From positions 1-60,086 of the forward strand of contig JAUREJ010000009.1 in the NCBI GenBank assembly GCA_030827475.1: a stretch of 60,086 nucleotides of DNA, in the 5' to 3' direction. The notes under the pieces are model-generated. The model made no database searches. It was not told the DNA's origin and was given only the letters and a program-made list of their open reading frames with translations. Shown here one piece after another: positions 37,269-46,340 of the stretch. How positions within the stretch are numbered: position 1 is the first letter of the stretch; each line of letters opens with the position of its first letter. Made by a program: the position numbers and the translations under genes. Origin of the DNA: Poseidonia sp. (lineage in GTDB: Archaea; Thermoplasmatota; Poseidoniia; Poseidoniales; Poseidoniaceae).

Positions 37269-40200
37269 ATGAACAAGGCGAATTCGGCTTATCGCCGCTC
37301 GCAACAGCGCCAAAAAGCCGTTTCGATGGTGGCCCTCATGCTCCTCATGTCCATGAGTCCATTGTTGACCTTACCTACGGTTTCGGCCCATGCCGAACCC
37401 AGTGGAGTCTCATGGCCGCTGGAGGGAAGCAACGACACGGGGTGGATTCGCCTCGATGCAACAGGTGCCAACCCGCTTACTGGCCAACAAGCCACGGCCG
37501 ATTGGAACCTTTCCTTTGCTCCAGGTGCCGCCCTCTCCAACGTGACCCTTGAAATCCGAGCAAGTGGTGAAAACGGGTTGACCATCAGCGAGCCGCATCT
37601 CACCGTCAACGGCATGGGAACATCACTCTTTGATTGGCGGGGCCTGGGTACGCTTGGGCAGGCCAACGACTTTGCAAGCGGCTCAATCTACACCGGTCGA
37701 TTGAACCCCAACAGCAACTCAGGTGCTGGATGGGATCTGCCATCGGACGCCGAAATCACCGAGATGATCATCGAGGTTTTGTCGCCTTCCGATCCCCTTG
37801 TTTCCCTCGGGCCCGTCTCGTTTGAAATCAACGACGCGGAGGTAGACGACGCCTCGGGCTTACTCTACTTGGCCACGACGACAAAACTCCTCCTGCTCAA
37901 CGCCAACAACGACCCTGTCATCGTTGACGCTTACGACTTTGAGTCCGAAGGAGGTGTCTTGGACATCGTGATTGACGACACCAACGCTGTGCTCCATTTG
38001 CTGCTTGGCGACGGGACCTTCCGCGCCATGTCGCTTCTTGACAGCACTTCCCTCGCAGCGTTGGGCGACGGCGACGTCGACCGCTTCCTCATGACCAGCG
38101 CCGGTGATGTGTTTGCGGCCAGCGGCACTGGCCTGTACGAGTGGGACGGCGGCGCATGGAAGCAGCGCATGGTATCCACTTCCAGCGACACCCCCACGCG
38201 GGCTTTGGCCATGGTCGAAGTCAACGGCATCGTGTATGCCTCCATCGAAGGCGCGGGCGTGTTGCGCTACAACACCGCTAACGCTCAGGCGCTTTCCACT
38301 TGGTCCACCGCCAATTCCCTCCACTCCGACAATGTGGTTCAAATCGTACCCTCCGGAAACCAATTGCTCCTTGGTTCCACCGACTCTGGCGTGGGGCGCT
38401 TTGATTACGCCGCTGGGTTTTGGCTATCCACCTGGACCTCCGCCAATTGGCTGGCAAGCGACGACATCGCCGGTATCCAGCGAGTTGGGAGCGTTCTGTA
38501 CATCCTCAACGGGGATTCGCTTCACACCTACAACGTCTCCAACGGGGTGTTTTCCACGAACTACGACCTCGCCAACCTCAACCTCGCCGGAACCGGTGCA
38601 TCCCTCCTTCTCTGGGATGGGGCAGGGGTTGGGTCGCCATCTACACCTGCACTTCTGGTCGACGATGCAAGCGGAACCTTGGCCCACCTCAGCCCCGAGC
38701 AAGTCCCGTTCTTCGAGGGCAACATCGTCCTCGCAAGCGGACCCATAACCACGGACATGGTTGACATCGTTGAACTCGACAACATCCTCTACATCTCGGC
38801 GGGTGACGGCTCTGGCATCTTGCGCTACGACATCGAAAATGCCGTTTGGATGACGCCATGGACCGGCTTGAACGACGATGCCGTGGCCTTGGTGGCCGCA
38901 CCTTCGTCCACAGGGGTCACCTCCTTGTTCGCAGCCACGTCTGCCCAACCAACGGTCAAGGAGTTGGGCCAAGCCGGCCAAGTGCTCACCACCTACGATG
39001 GAACCTCGGGATGCTACCCCTCAACCTCGGATATCGTGGGTTTGGCCGTTGATGCGAACAACGTCGTGATGAGTCTTGACAGCGGAGTGTTCGTTCACTT
39101 CCAACGCACGGGTCAACAGGCAGGTGCGTGTACAGCGTACGACACCACAAACGGCTTGCCCTCTTCGTTCCTTGGCGATGTGGCTCTTTACGGCGGAAAC
39201 GCTTATCTGGCCACCGAAGACAAAGGCGTGTTACGCTACAACATCGCCAACGACACCTGGCTCGAGCCTTGGGGGTCGACCGGCATCAACGGCGTCAACG
39301 AAGCCCCCGTGGCCATGGTCGGCGATATCCTGCACCTTGGCCTGCAAGGGTTCGGTGTGGTTCGCAAGGACATGAGCACCGGAGAAATCCTGTCGCCGCT
39401 TTTGGCGTCGAACCAAGGGGGTGTTTTGCCCTCGAACCAAATCTACGCATTGGAGTCCGACGGTTCCAACTTGTACATCGGCACGCAGCAGGGCGCCCGG
39501 AAATGGGACGGCAACCAAGCCACAAATTTCGGCCAAGGAAGCACGTGGCAAACCCGCCCCTTCCAGTTCTTTGATTTCGTCATCGACGGAGGGGATTTGT
39601 ATGCGGGAACCAACATCGGCGTTTGCAAATACACCCTCTCCACCATGGCCGTCAACGATTGTCAAAACGTCTACGACGGCATGCCCAACTGGGCGACCTA
39701 CAGCGTGGGTGTGGATGCATCCTACGTCTATGGGGGCACCAACGACGGCGTTGGACTCATCACCAAATCCAATTTCCAACACGACACGAACTGGGGCGAA
39801 GGAACCCAAACAGGAAACGCCGTGGTGGAGATCATGGGCGACATCGCCTACATCGGCACGGAAGGCTTGGGCGTGCTGCGCTACAACATCACCTCCAACC
39901 ATTGGTTGACGCCGTTCAACGAAGACAACGGTGTTCTCGACGGTGGAAACGACGACGTGACGGGTTTGGTCGCCGATATCCGCCCCAATCTGCTTTGGGT
40001 TGGCGGCGACGACGGTTTCCAATTGATCAACGTCACGACCGGTTCCGAAGCCTACGACATCGAACGCAACAGCAACCTGTACACCGCTTCTGGACCGCCC
40101 CATGAAATGGTGATTCACAACAACATCCTCTACTACCACGCCAGCACAGCCAGCGATGAAGTCAGTCGCCTTGACGTCGCCAACCTCACGGCGCTCAGCA

Positions 40201-43200
40201 ACCTCGACATCGGGGCACAAGTCGGCGAAAACGGAGGCGACATCACCTCAATGGAAATCATCGGCGACGAGTTGTTGGTGAGCGTGGTCTCGGGCCAGTG
40301 GTGGAACGCAGACGGGTCGGGTGGCATCGCTCGCTGGGACACGGTGAACGCCTCGTTCGCTCCAAACGTGCTTCCAACGGGCTCCATCGACCGCGTCACC
40401 GCCTACGAATCGTCCGCTGGCAACACCTGGGTGGCATGGGGCGAATTGAAGCTGGACCTCTACGATGCTAACCGTTCCCTCGTGAACTCGTGGACCTCGT
40501 TCGACCTCCCGATTCGAGGCATCGTTGAATACGACGGTGAAACCTTGTTTGCTACCGAAGACGGTGTGCTTCGCTACAACGAATCCACCAACCAGTGGAA
40601 CTCGAAATGGGAAGCGGGCAACGGCCTGCCGAACAACGCTGGTGAACGATTCTACGAGCTTTGGACCAACGGAAACGACCTCGTGATCGGCGGAGCCCGG
40701 TTCAGCAACTTCGGAGGCTTCCAAGAGGGGATCATCTCCCACCTCAGTTCATCCGGGGCATGGACAACCTATCCGGCAGACTCCCTCACCAACGTCCCTG
40801 ACGGCTACCCAATTTCGATGGAAATGTGCGGGGGTGTACTCAACGTTGCCATGTACAACGGAAACGGTGGCATCGCGCGCATCGACCTGCAGAACGGAAC
40901 CCTCTCCCCCCTCGACAGAACCCAACTTGACGGAACCGGACCTGCATCGGTCACCTGCGACGCCCAAGACACCCTTTACATCGGCTACTACAACGACAAC
41001 CAACCCGTTTCCCGGTACAGCTATGTTACAGCTGCCTTCCTTTCCAGCCTCACCACCTCAAGCCACAACCTGCCCAGCGACCGTGTCTGGTACGACGGCC
41101 TCGCCCATTCCGGCACCCAACTCCTCGTGGGGCACGGTATCGGGTTCACCGGAACCAACGTCATCGGCGGGGGGTACTCCACCTTGGTCGCCAACGGTGC
41201 CACGGCGCTTCAGGCTCAAGTGTATAGCGGTGGGTCCTCCGTGACCTCCTTCCAGTGGCAGAGCGGTTCATCGCAATGGCTCATCGGTCAAGCCGGTGGC
41301 GCCTCTGGGTACAGCCATGTTTCGAGCCTGTCGTCAAACGGCATGCAGAAGATCGTCGACCTCCCCGGATTGGTCAGCGGCCAAGTTTCCGCCATGACCG
41401 CCAACAGCACCCACATCTGGGCCGCAACCGGAGGCGGACAAACGGGCGGCGCTGGAAATTTCGGTGGAAGCGGCACCGGACTGCTCCAAGGCATCTTCCT
41501 TCCCAACGGCAGCGTCGAATGGACCTACGGCTGGACCCTTCCGGGCAACACCGTCGCCAACGACCTCATGCTCAACGGTGGCGATTTGTACATCGCCTCA
41601 AACCCTGACGGCTTGTACAAACTCAACCTCCGGACCAAGGCCATCACAGCAATTTCTGGCTCACTCCACGGAAAGTTCGACACGATGCACCTCTACAACG
41701 GCGAATTCGTGTTCGGTTTAGCAGGTGACGGCGGAAGCCCGCCGGGCGTGCAAATGTTTGATCCGTCCACGGGCCAATTCGGGAACGGTCGCCTCATAGC
41801 AGGTCTCCCTTCCAACATCATCAACGGGTTCACCTCCACGACCGATGTTCTGTACATCGCCACCAACGGCGGCATCGGCCGATGGAATTACAGCACCAAC
41901 GACTGGATGGATTCCATCACAGCGGGCAACGGATTGCCCAACGACATCGTCGAAGACGTGGTTTCGGTCGGTGATGACATCTACATGGCCACACCTTCCG
42001 GAGTGTTCGTTTGGGACGCCTCCACCGGGAACGGCACCACCATGACGACCGCCGACGGTCTGATGGGACAATCCGCTTGGGGCTTGGTCAAACATACGAG
42101 CAGTTCAGGTGCGGTCTCCATCCTCGTCAGCCACGACGGTCGGGGTCCAGAGCGACCCGGCGTGAGCATCATTGACGCAGCCACACAGCAGGTCACCTCC
42201 ACTCACCGGTTCGACCAACTTCCGTCCAACACCGTCACCGCACTCACCAGCGATTGGTGGGGCCTTCACATCGCTACGGAAGGTTGGCCGCTGACCCATT
42301 GGAACGCTTCCAGCGGTGATTTTGAAGACGGTGCAATCTTCACTCAAGTGCAGTATCCCGTTCACAGCATGTTTAGTAACGGTGACCAACTTTTGGCATT
42401 GGGCGGACAAAACGACGGCATGTTGGTCGAAGCGCGAACCGTCGCACACGCTTCTCTGCAAACCTTCCGCCCCGGAAGCGTGACCGGGGGAACGTTGGGT
42501 GCGAACACGATTTGGATCATCACCGAGGACGGCCTCCAAGGTTGGGCCAACAACCGACAATACACACCGGTGGAAGAAGTCAGCATGCGCCGGGCCCTGC
42601 CTTTGACGCTGCGAGCCATGAACAACGGCGGGGGCGTGGACGTGAGCAACATGACCCACCCAGGCATGCCCGTCCAACTCGTTGACTCCACCATGCCTTA
42701 CCAACTGGACGGTTCGCAAGGTACGCCAGGCGTTCACAACCTCCTCTTCCAAAACGTCCCCGTGGTCATGACCTCACCCGTGGAAGGCGCTGCCATCTGG
42801 GCCAGGGCTGTCTCGCTCGAGTACGACGTTACCTTGAACATCAGCGGAGACCCTGCGCTCGCGTTGAACCTGCAGGACGCCGTGGACAACGGACAACTTT
42901 TCAACAACACGCGGCACGTTTCTCTTCGCCTGTATTCGCCCGCCAACGGGTCCTTGGAAGCGCGCATCACCTACGATTATGTTCGCTCGGACACCCCCGT
43001 TACAATGGAGGGATTGGTGGACCGGCCCGACGACGGCGGGGGCATGCTCACGGCCTCTTGGTCGCTGGTTCATGACGAAGACTTTGCTCGCTACCTCATC
43101 TTCGTCAACGAAGGGCCTTGGAGCGCTTCACCGAGCGAATTGATGCTGTTGGGACAAACCCCCGACAAAGCCATCTCCCTCCACAGCCGACTGTCTGCTG

Positions 43201-45581
43201 ATGTTGAGACCGCAAACGGTCAACCGCTTCAAGACGGCGTGGAATACTACGCCACCGTCGTGGTTGAGTACAGCGATGGACGATGGGGTGAAGTGGCCGA
43301 TGCACTCGGTCCAGCGAGTCCCAGCGACGAAATTCCCGGCGCACCCTTGTGGGCATCCGCACAGGCGCTTGGCAATTCAGGCGATGACGGCGATGTGGAG
43401 CTTGAGTGGGCTCGCTGCACGGCGCTTGACCTGGCGAGGACGAACATCTACGTGGCCACCACCCCGATGACGGACGCTTATGGACGAACCCCCTACACTT
43501 CCATGGCACCAAACGAAGGCAACCTCTCGGTTGTCTCGCTCACGCCCGCAGTACCGGTTTGGATTGGCTTCACCTGCGTTGATAAAGCAGGTCAAGAGAA
43601 CCTCGCAAACATCACGGTCGTCGGACCCATCGTCCCAACCGGTGAACTCAACGACAACGAGGCACCTGAACCGGTTGAAGGAACCGCTGCAAGCGACATC
43701 CCGAACGACGAAGGTGGTCGTTTGCGGGTCACATGGAACCAGAGCGGTGCCGAAGACTGCGCCTTTTACACCGTCCTCATCAAGCAGGGTGACCACGTGC
43801 CGGAAAACGGTGAACGTGCCGGTGTTGACGGCTTTTCGCAGGCTGCCGTCGTCAACCCTTGCGATGCAACCGAGGCGGTCATCAGTTCAATGGACGGCGT
43901 CCCACTCATCGATGGGCAAGTCTACACGTTCGGTGTCGTCGCCTACGACGTCTGGATCAACGGCAACACGGACGAAGTGACGCTCGTCACGGCAACACCG
44001 TTCCAAAACATCGTCGGCCAAGGCAGCACGCCGCCGCGAATCATGTCCCTGATGGCTTTTGACCACCCCGATGATGACGGAACCGCCGTCGACGTGGTTT
44101 GGGAACCTTCAACGGTTGAAGACTTTGCATCCTACACCGTATGGGTCTCCAATCGTCCGGTTTCGAACCTTGCATCGGCTTACGCAACCTTCGGCACCGA
44201 CCCGGATGCTTGCGGTTGCTTCTCGTTCAACAAGCAGTGGATTGACGAGCGAACAAACCCCATCGAGCTAACCCTTTCCACCGCCCTCTACGTTCCTGAA
44301 GGAGGCGAGTTGACGGACGGCACCCTCGGTCTCATCCAGCCCGATGTGAAACTGTACGTTGCCGTCACGGTTCACGATCTCAAAGGCAACGTCCATCTGA
44401 CGAACCTGACGCAGGCAACCGTGACGCCCATTGACAACCAAAACGACATCACGGCGCCAGACCGCATCACGGACCTTGACCTGCGAGACCGACCCAACGA
44501 CGACGGTACGGCGCTCCTGCTGGACTTTGAGCCTTCAACCTCCAGCGACGTGGCCTTCTACGAGGTCCATGCAGCAACCTACGATTTCGGAGGCGCTGTC
44601 AACGCCCAACTTCCTTCCGTCGCCACCTTGGGCAGAAATCCCGCCTTCCCCGTCGTCATCGACCTTGTTGCAGGTGACGCCCCCGTCGTGCCCGGACAGA
44701 AAATCTGGGTGGCCGTTGTGGCGGTCGACACCTCGGGCAACGCTCACACCACCCAACTCACCGTGGTTTCAGCAGAATCGACGGATGAGGGGATCACTGA
44801 TGCGGGCATTTACCTGCCGGATATTGAAAGCGTTCAGGCTGAGTGGTTTGACAACACCAGCATCCTTGTCGAATGGCGGCACTCGATCGACGCCAATGTA
44901 CGTGGTTACCATGTTTACATCAGCGACGAGAGGTTTGTTTCGACCGAAGATGCAACGATGGTCGGCCAAACCGTGTCGGACAACACCTTCCTCATCACGA
45001 CCGAAAACTACGCCGAACTTGACGCCGCCTCGACGTGGTTCGTTGGTGTCGTTCCGTACGACGATTCGGTTGCAAAATCAACCGTGGAATCGGTCAAGGT
45101 CGACCCGCTCCAAACCGGTGAACAGGATGGTGAAACCTCAGACGAGACCGGACAACTCTCGCTTGACTCGCTCCTAACGGGTCCAAACATCATCGCAGCA
45201 GGGATGATCATCATCATCCTCTTGCTCCTCATTTTGGTCGTCCGCTCTCGAGGCGCTTCTTCCCAGAAAGCGAAGGGATGGGAACTCCAAGAGGCGACGT
45301 GGGGTATCCAAGACAAGGACTGGAGCGATGTTCCACCTGCACCTCCCTCGATGGCTGCACCGGCTCCACCCCAAGGCGTATCGACGCAGCAGGCCAACGA
45401 CATCTATGCCGCCGCCGATCAAATCCTAGCCACGTCGACCGGACGCGAGGTCTACCAGCAACAACAACCCGTTTTGCGCCCACAGGCTGACCCGTCGTTG
45501 CTCGATGGTTTGCTTGATGAGGCACCTGCGACGTCGAAAATGCCGCAAATTGACACGTCCTTCCTCGACGACCTGTTGTGA
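37269..45581 (+). CDS. Giant (about 2770 aa) surface protein: beta-propeller repeats, Fn3-like repeats, C-terminal TM
   Basis: Signal peptide, many GVLRY(N/D)...W...GLPS(N/S) blade repeats, D(R/H/I)PxDxG-initiated Fn3-like units, TM IIAAGMIIIILLLLILVV. Confidence 0.85.
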   Translation: MNKANSAYRRSQQRQKAVSMVALMLLMSMSPLLTLPTVSAHAEPSGVSWPLEGSNDTGWIRLDATGANPLTGQQATADWNLSFAPGAALSNVTLEIRASGENGLTISEPHLTVNGMGTSLFDWRGLGTLGQANDFASGSIYTGRLNPNSNSGAGWDLPSDAEITEMIIEVLSPSDPLVSLGPVSFEINDAEVDDASGLLYLATTTKLLLLNANNDPVIVDAYDFESEGGVLDIVIDDTNAVLHLLLGDGTFRAMSLLDSTSLAALGDGDVDRFLMTSAGDVFAASGTGLYEWDGGAWKQRMVSTSSDTPTRALAMVEVNGIVYASIEGAGVLRYNTANAQALSTWSTANSLHSDNVVQIVPSGNQLLLGSTDSGVGRFDYAAGFWLSTWTSANWLASDDIAGIQRVGSVLYILNGDSLHTYNVSNGVFSTNYDLANLNLAGTGASLLLWDGAGVGSPSTPALLVDDASGTLAHLSPEQVPFFEGNIVLASGPITTDMVDIVELDNILYISAGDGSGILRYDIENAVWMTPWTGLNDDAVALVAAPSSTGVTSLFAATSAQPTVKELGQAGQVLTTYDGTSGCYPSTSDIVGLAVDANNVVMSLDSGVFVHFQRTGQQAGACTAYDTTNGLPSSFLGDVALYGGNAYLATEDKGVLRYNIANDTWLEPWGSTGINGVNEAPVAMVGDILHLGLQGFGVVRKDMSTGEILSPLLASNQGGVLPSNQIYALESDGSNLYIGTQQGARKWDGNQATNFGQGSTWQTRPFQFFDFVIDGGDLYAGTNIGVCKYTLSTMAVNDCQNVYDGMPNWATYSVGVDASYVYGGTNDGVGLITKSNFQHDTNWGEGTQTGNAVVEIMGDIAYIGTEGLGVLRYNITSNHWLTPFNEDNGVLDGGNDDVTGLVADIRPNLLWVGGDDGFQLINVTTGSEAYDIERNSNLYTASGPPHEMVIHNNILYYHASTASDEVSRLDVANLTALSNLDIGAQVGENGGDITSMEIIGDELLVSVVSGQWWNADGSGGIARWDTVNASFAPNVLPTGSIDRVTAYESSAGNTWVAWGELKLDLYDANRSLVNSWTSFDLPIRGIVEYDGETLFATEDGVLRYNESTNQWNSKWEAGNGLPNNAGERFYELWTNGNDLVIGGARFSNFGGFQEGIISHLSSSGAWTTYPADSLTNVPDGYPISMEMCGGVLNVAMYNGNGGIARIDLQNGTLSPLDRTQLDGTGPASVTCDAQDTLYIGYYNDNQPVSRYSYVTAAFLSSLTTSSHNLPSDRVWYDGLAHSGTQLLVGHGIGFTGTNVIGGGYSTLVANGATALQAQVYSGGSSVTSFQWQSGSSQWLIGQAGGASGYSHVSSLSSNGMQKIVDLPGLVSGQVSAMTANSTHIWAATGGGQTGGAGNFGGSGTGLLQGIFLPNGSVEWTYGWTLPGNTVANDLMLNGGDLYIASNPDGLYKLNLRTKAITAISGSLHGKFDTMHLYNGEFVFGLAGDGGSPPGVQMFDPSTGQFGNGRLIAGLPSNIINGFTSTTDVLYIATNGGIGRWNYSTNDWMDSITAGNGLPNDIVEDVVSVGDDIYMATPSGVFVWDASTGNGTTMTTADGLMGQSAWGLVKHTSSSGAVSILVSHDGRGPERPGVSIIDAATQQVTSTHRFDQLPSNTVTALTSDWWGLHIATEGWPLTHWNASSGDFEDGAIFTQVQYPVHSMFSNGDQLLALGGQNDGMLVEARTVAHASLQTFRPGSVTGGTLGANTIWIITEDGLQGWANNRQYTPVEEVSMRRALPLTLRAMNNGGGVDVSNMTHPGMPVQLVDSTMPYQLDGSQGTPGVHNLLFQNVPVVMTSPVEGAAIWARAVSLEYDVTLNISGDPALALNLQDAVDNGQLFNNTRHVSLRLYSPANGSLEARITYDYVRSDTPVTMEGLVDRPDDGGGMLTASWSLVHDEDFARYLIFVNEGPWSASPSELMLLGQTPDKAISLHSRLSADVETANGQPLQDGVEYYATVVVEYSDGRWGEVADALGPASPSDEIPGAPLWASAQALGNSGDDGDVELEWARCTALDLARTNIYVATTPMTDAYGRTPYTSMAPNEGNLSVVSLTPAVPVWIGFTCVDKAGQENLANITVVGPIVPTGELNDNEAPEPVEGTAASDIPNDEGGRLRVTWNQSGAEDCAFYTVLIKQGDHVPENGERAGVDGFSQAAVVNPCDATEAVISSMDGVPLIDGQVYTFGVVAYDVWINGNTDEVTLVTATPFQNIVGQGSTPPRIMSLMAFDHPDDDGTAVDVVWEPSTVEDFASYTVWVSNRPVSNLASAYATFGTDPDACGCFSFNKQWIDERTNPIELTLSTALYVPEGGELTDGTLGLIQPDVKLYVAVTVHDLKGNVHLTNLTQATVTPIDNQNDITAPDRITDLDLRDRPNDDGTALLLDFEPSTSSDVAFYEVHAATYDFGGAVNAQLPSVATLGRNPAFPVVIDLVAGDAPVVPGQKIWVAVVAVDTSGNAHTTQLTVVSAESTDEGITDAGIYLPDIESVQAEWFDNTSILVEWRHSIDANVRGYHVYISDERFVSTEDATMVGQTVSDNTFLITTENYAELDAASTWFVGVVPYDDSVAKSTVESVKVDPLQTGEQDGETSDETGQLSLDSLLTGPNIIAAGMIIIILLLLILVVRSRGASSQKAKGWELQEATWGIQDKDWSDVPPAPPSMAAPAPPQGVSTQQANDIYAAADQILATSTGREVYQQQQPVLRPQADPSLLDGLLDEAPATSKMPQIDTSFLDDLL

Positions 45582-45590
45582 GGCGACCTC

Positions 45591-46340
45591 ATGGGCGTCC
45601 AAGGTCCCCGCAGCGAGGTGTTCACCACCGTGCGAGCCGATGCGAAGGGCAACGTTGCAGATTGGCCGGCTCACCTGAACCGCCTCCAAGCGCATGCCGT
45701 GCGCCTTCGCATCCCTTTGCCCGAAGTCCCTTCTTTTGAGGTTCAAGGTGACGGGAAGGGAGAGACATTGGTCCGAATCGGTTTTCGCCCTGAAACGGAA
45801 GCGTGGACCATAACACGACGACCTCTTGGCGTCCACAACGAGGACATCGACGCCATCAGTTATCCTGCCCCACGATGGAACGAGCGCACAAACGGATGCA
45901 AACATGGGCAATGGGAGGCGTACAACGATGCCAGAGATGCAGCCGAGCAAGCTGGTTGCGATGTGGCCTTGCTCGTCCACGATCACGCCATCGTTGACGC
46001 TGACCGAGCAACGCCGATGGTGTTGGATGAAGACGGAACGGTGTGGATGGCGCCGGTGGGCGACGGCGGTGTCGAAGGCATTGCAGCCGCCGTGGTCGAG
46101 GCCGCCTTGCCCTCGTTGGGCTTCCCTGTGGTCCGTGGCCGACTCAACGAACGAACGGTAGCCCGATGTGCGGAATTGGTCGTGGTCGGCACCGGCATGG
46201 GAGCCTGCAGAATCAACACCATCGACGGCGAAACTTTGGGAGATTCAAGAGCGCTCTCACGAACGTGTCAAGCCGTGTTGCGGGAACATTTTACCAACGA
46301 GGCCACGTGGTCCACAACGGGGCAGCAACGTGGCGCATGA
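45591..46340 (+). CDS. PLP-dependent aminotransferase class IV (aminodeoxychorismate lyase-like)
   Basis: EVFTTVR, HLNRL, catalytic K in NGCKHG, GVEGI. Adjacent to the ADC-synthase-like gene. Confidence 0.75.
   Translation: MGVQGPRSEVFTTVRADAKGNVADWPAHLNRLQAHAVRLRIPLPEVPSFEVQGDGKGETLVRIGFRPETEAWTITRRPLGVHNEDIDAISYPAPRWNERTNGCKHGQWEAYNDARDAAEQAGCDVALLVHDHAIVDADRATPMVLDEDGTVWMAPVGDGGVEGIAAAVVEAALPSLGFPVVRGRLNERTVARCAELVVVGTGMGACRINTIDGETLGDSRALSRTCQAVLREHFTNEATWSTTGQQRGA

Noticed and set aside
36984-37276. Apparent overlap of maeB and the giant gene
   Set aside because: Artefact of longest-ORF calling. Likely starts at 37078 (-) and 37269 (+) leave a normal divergent spacer.
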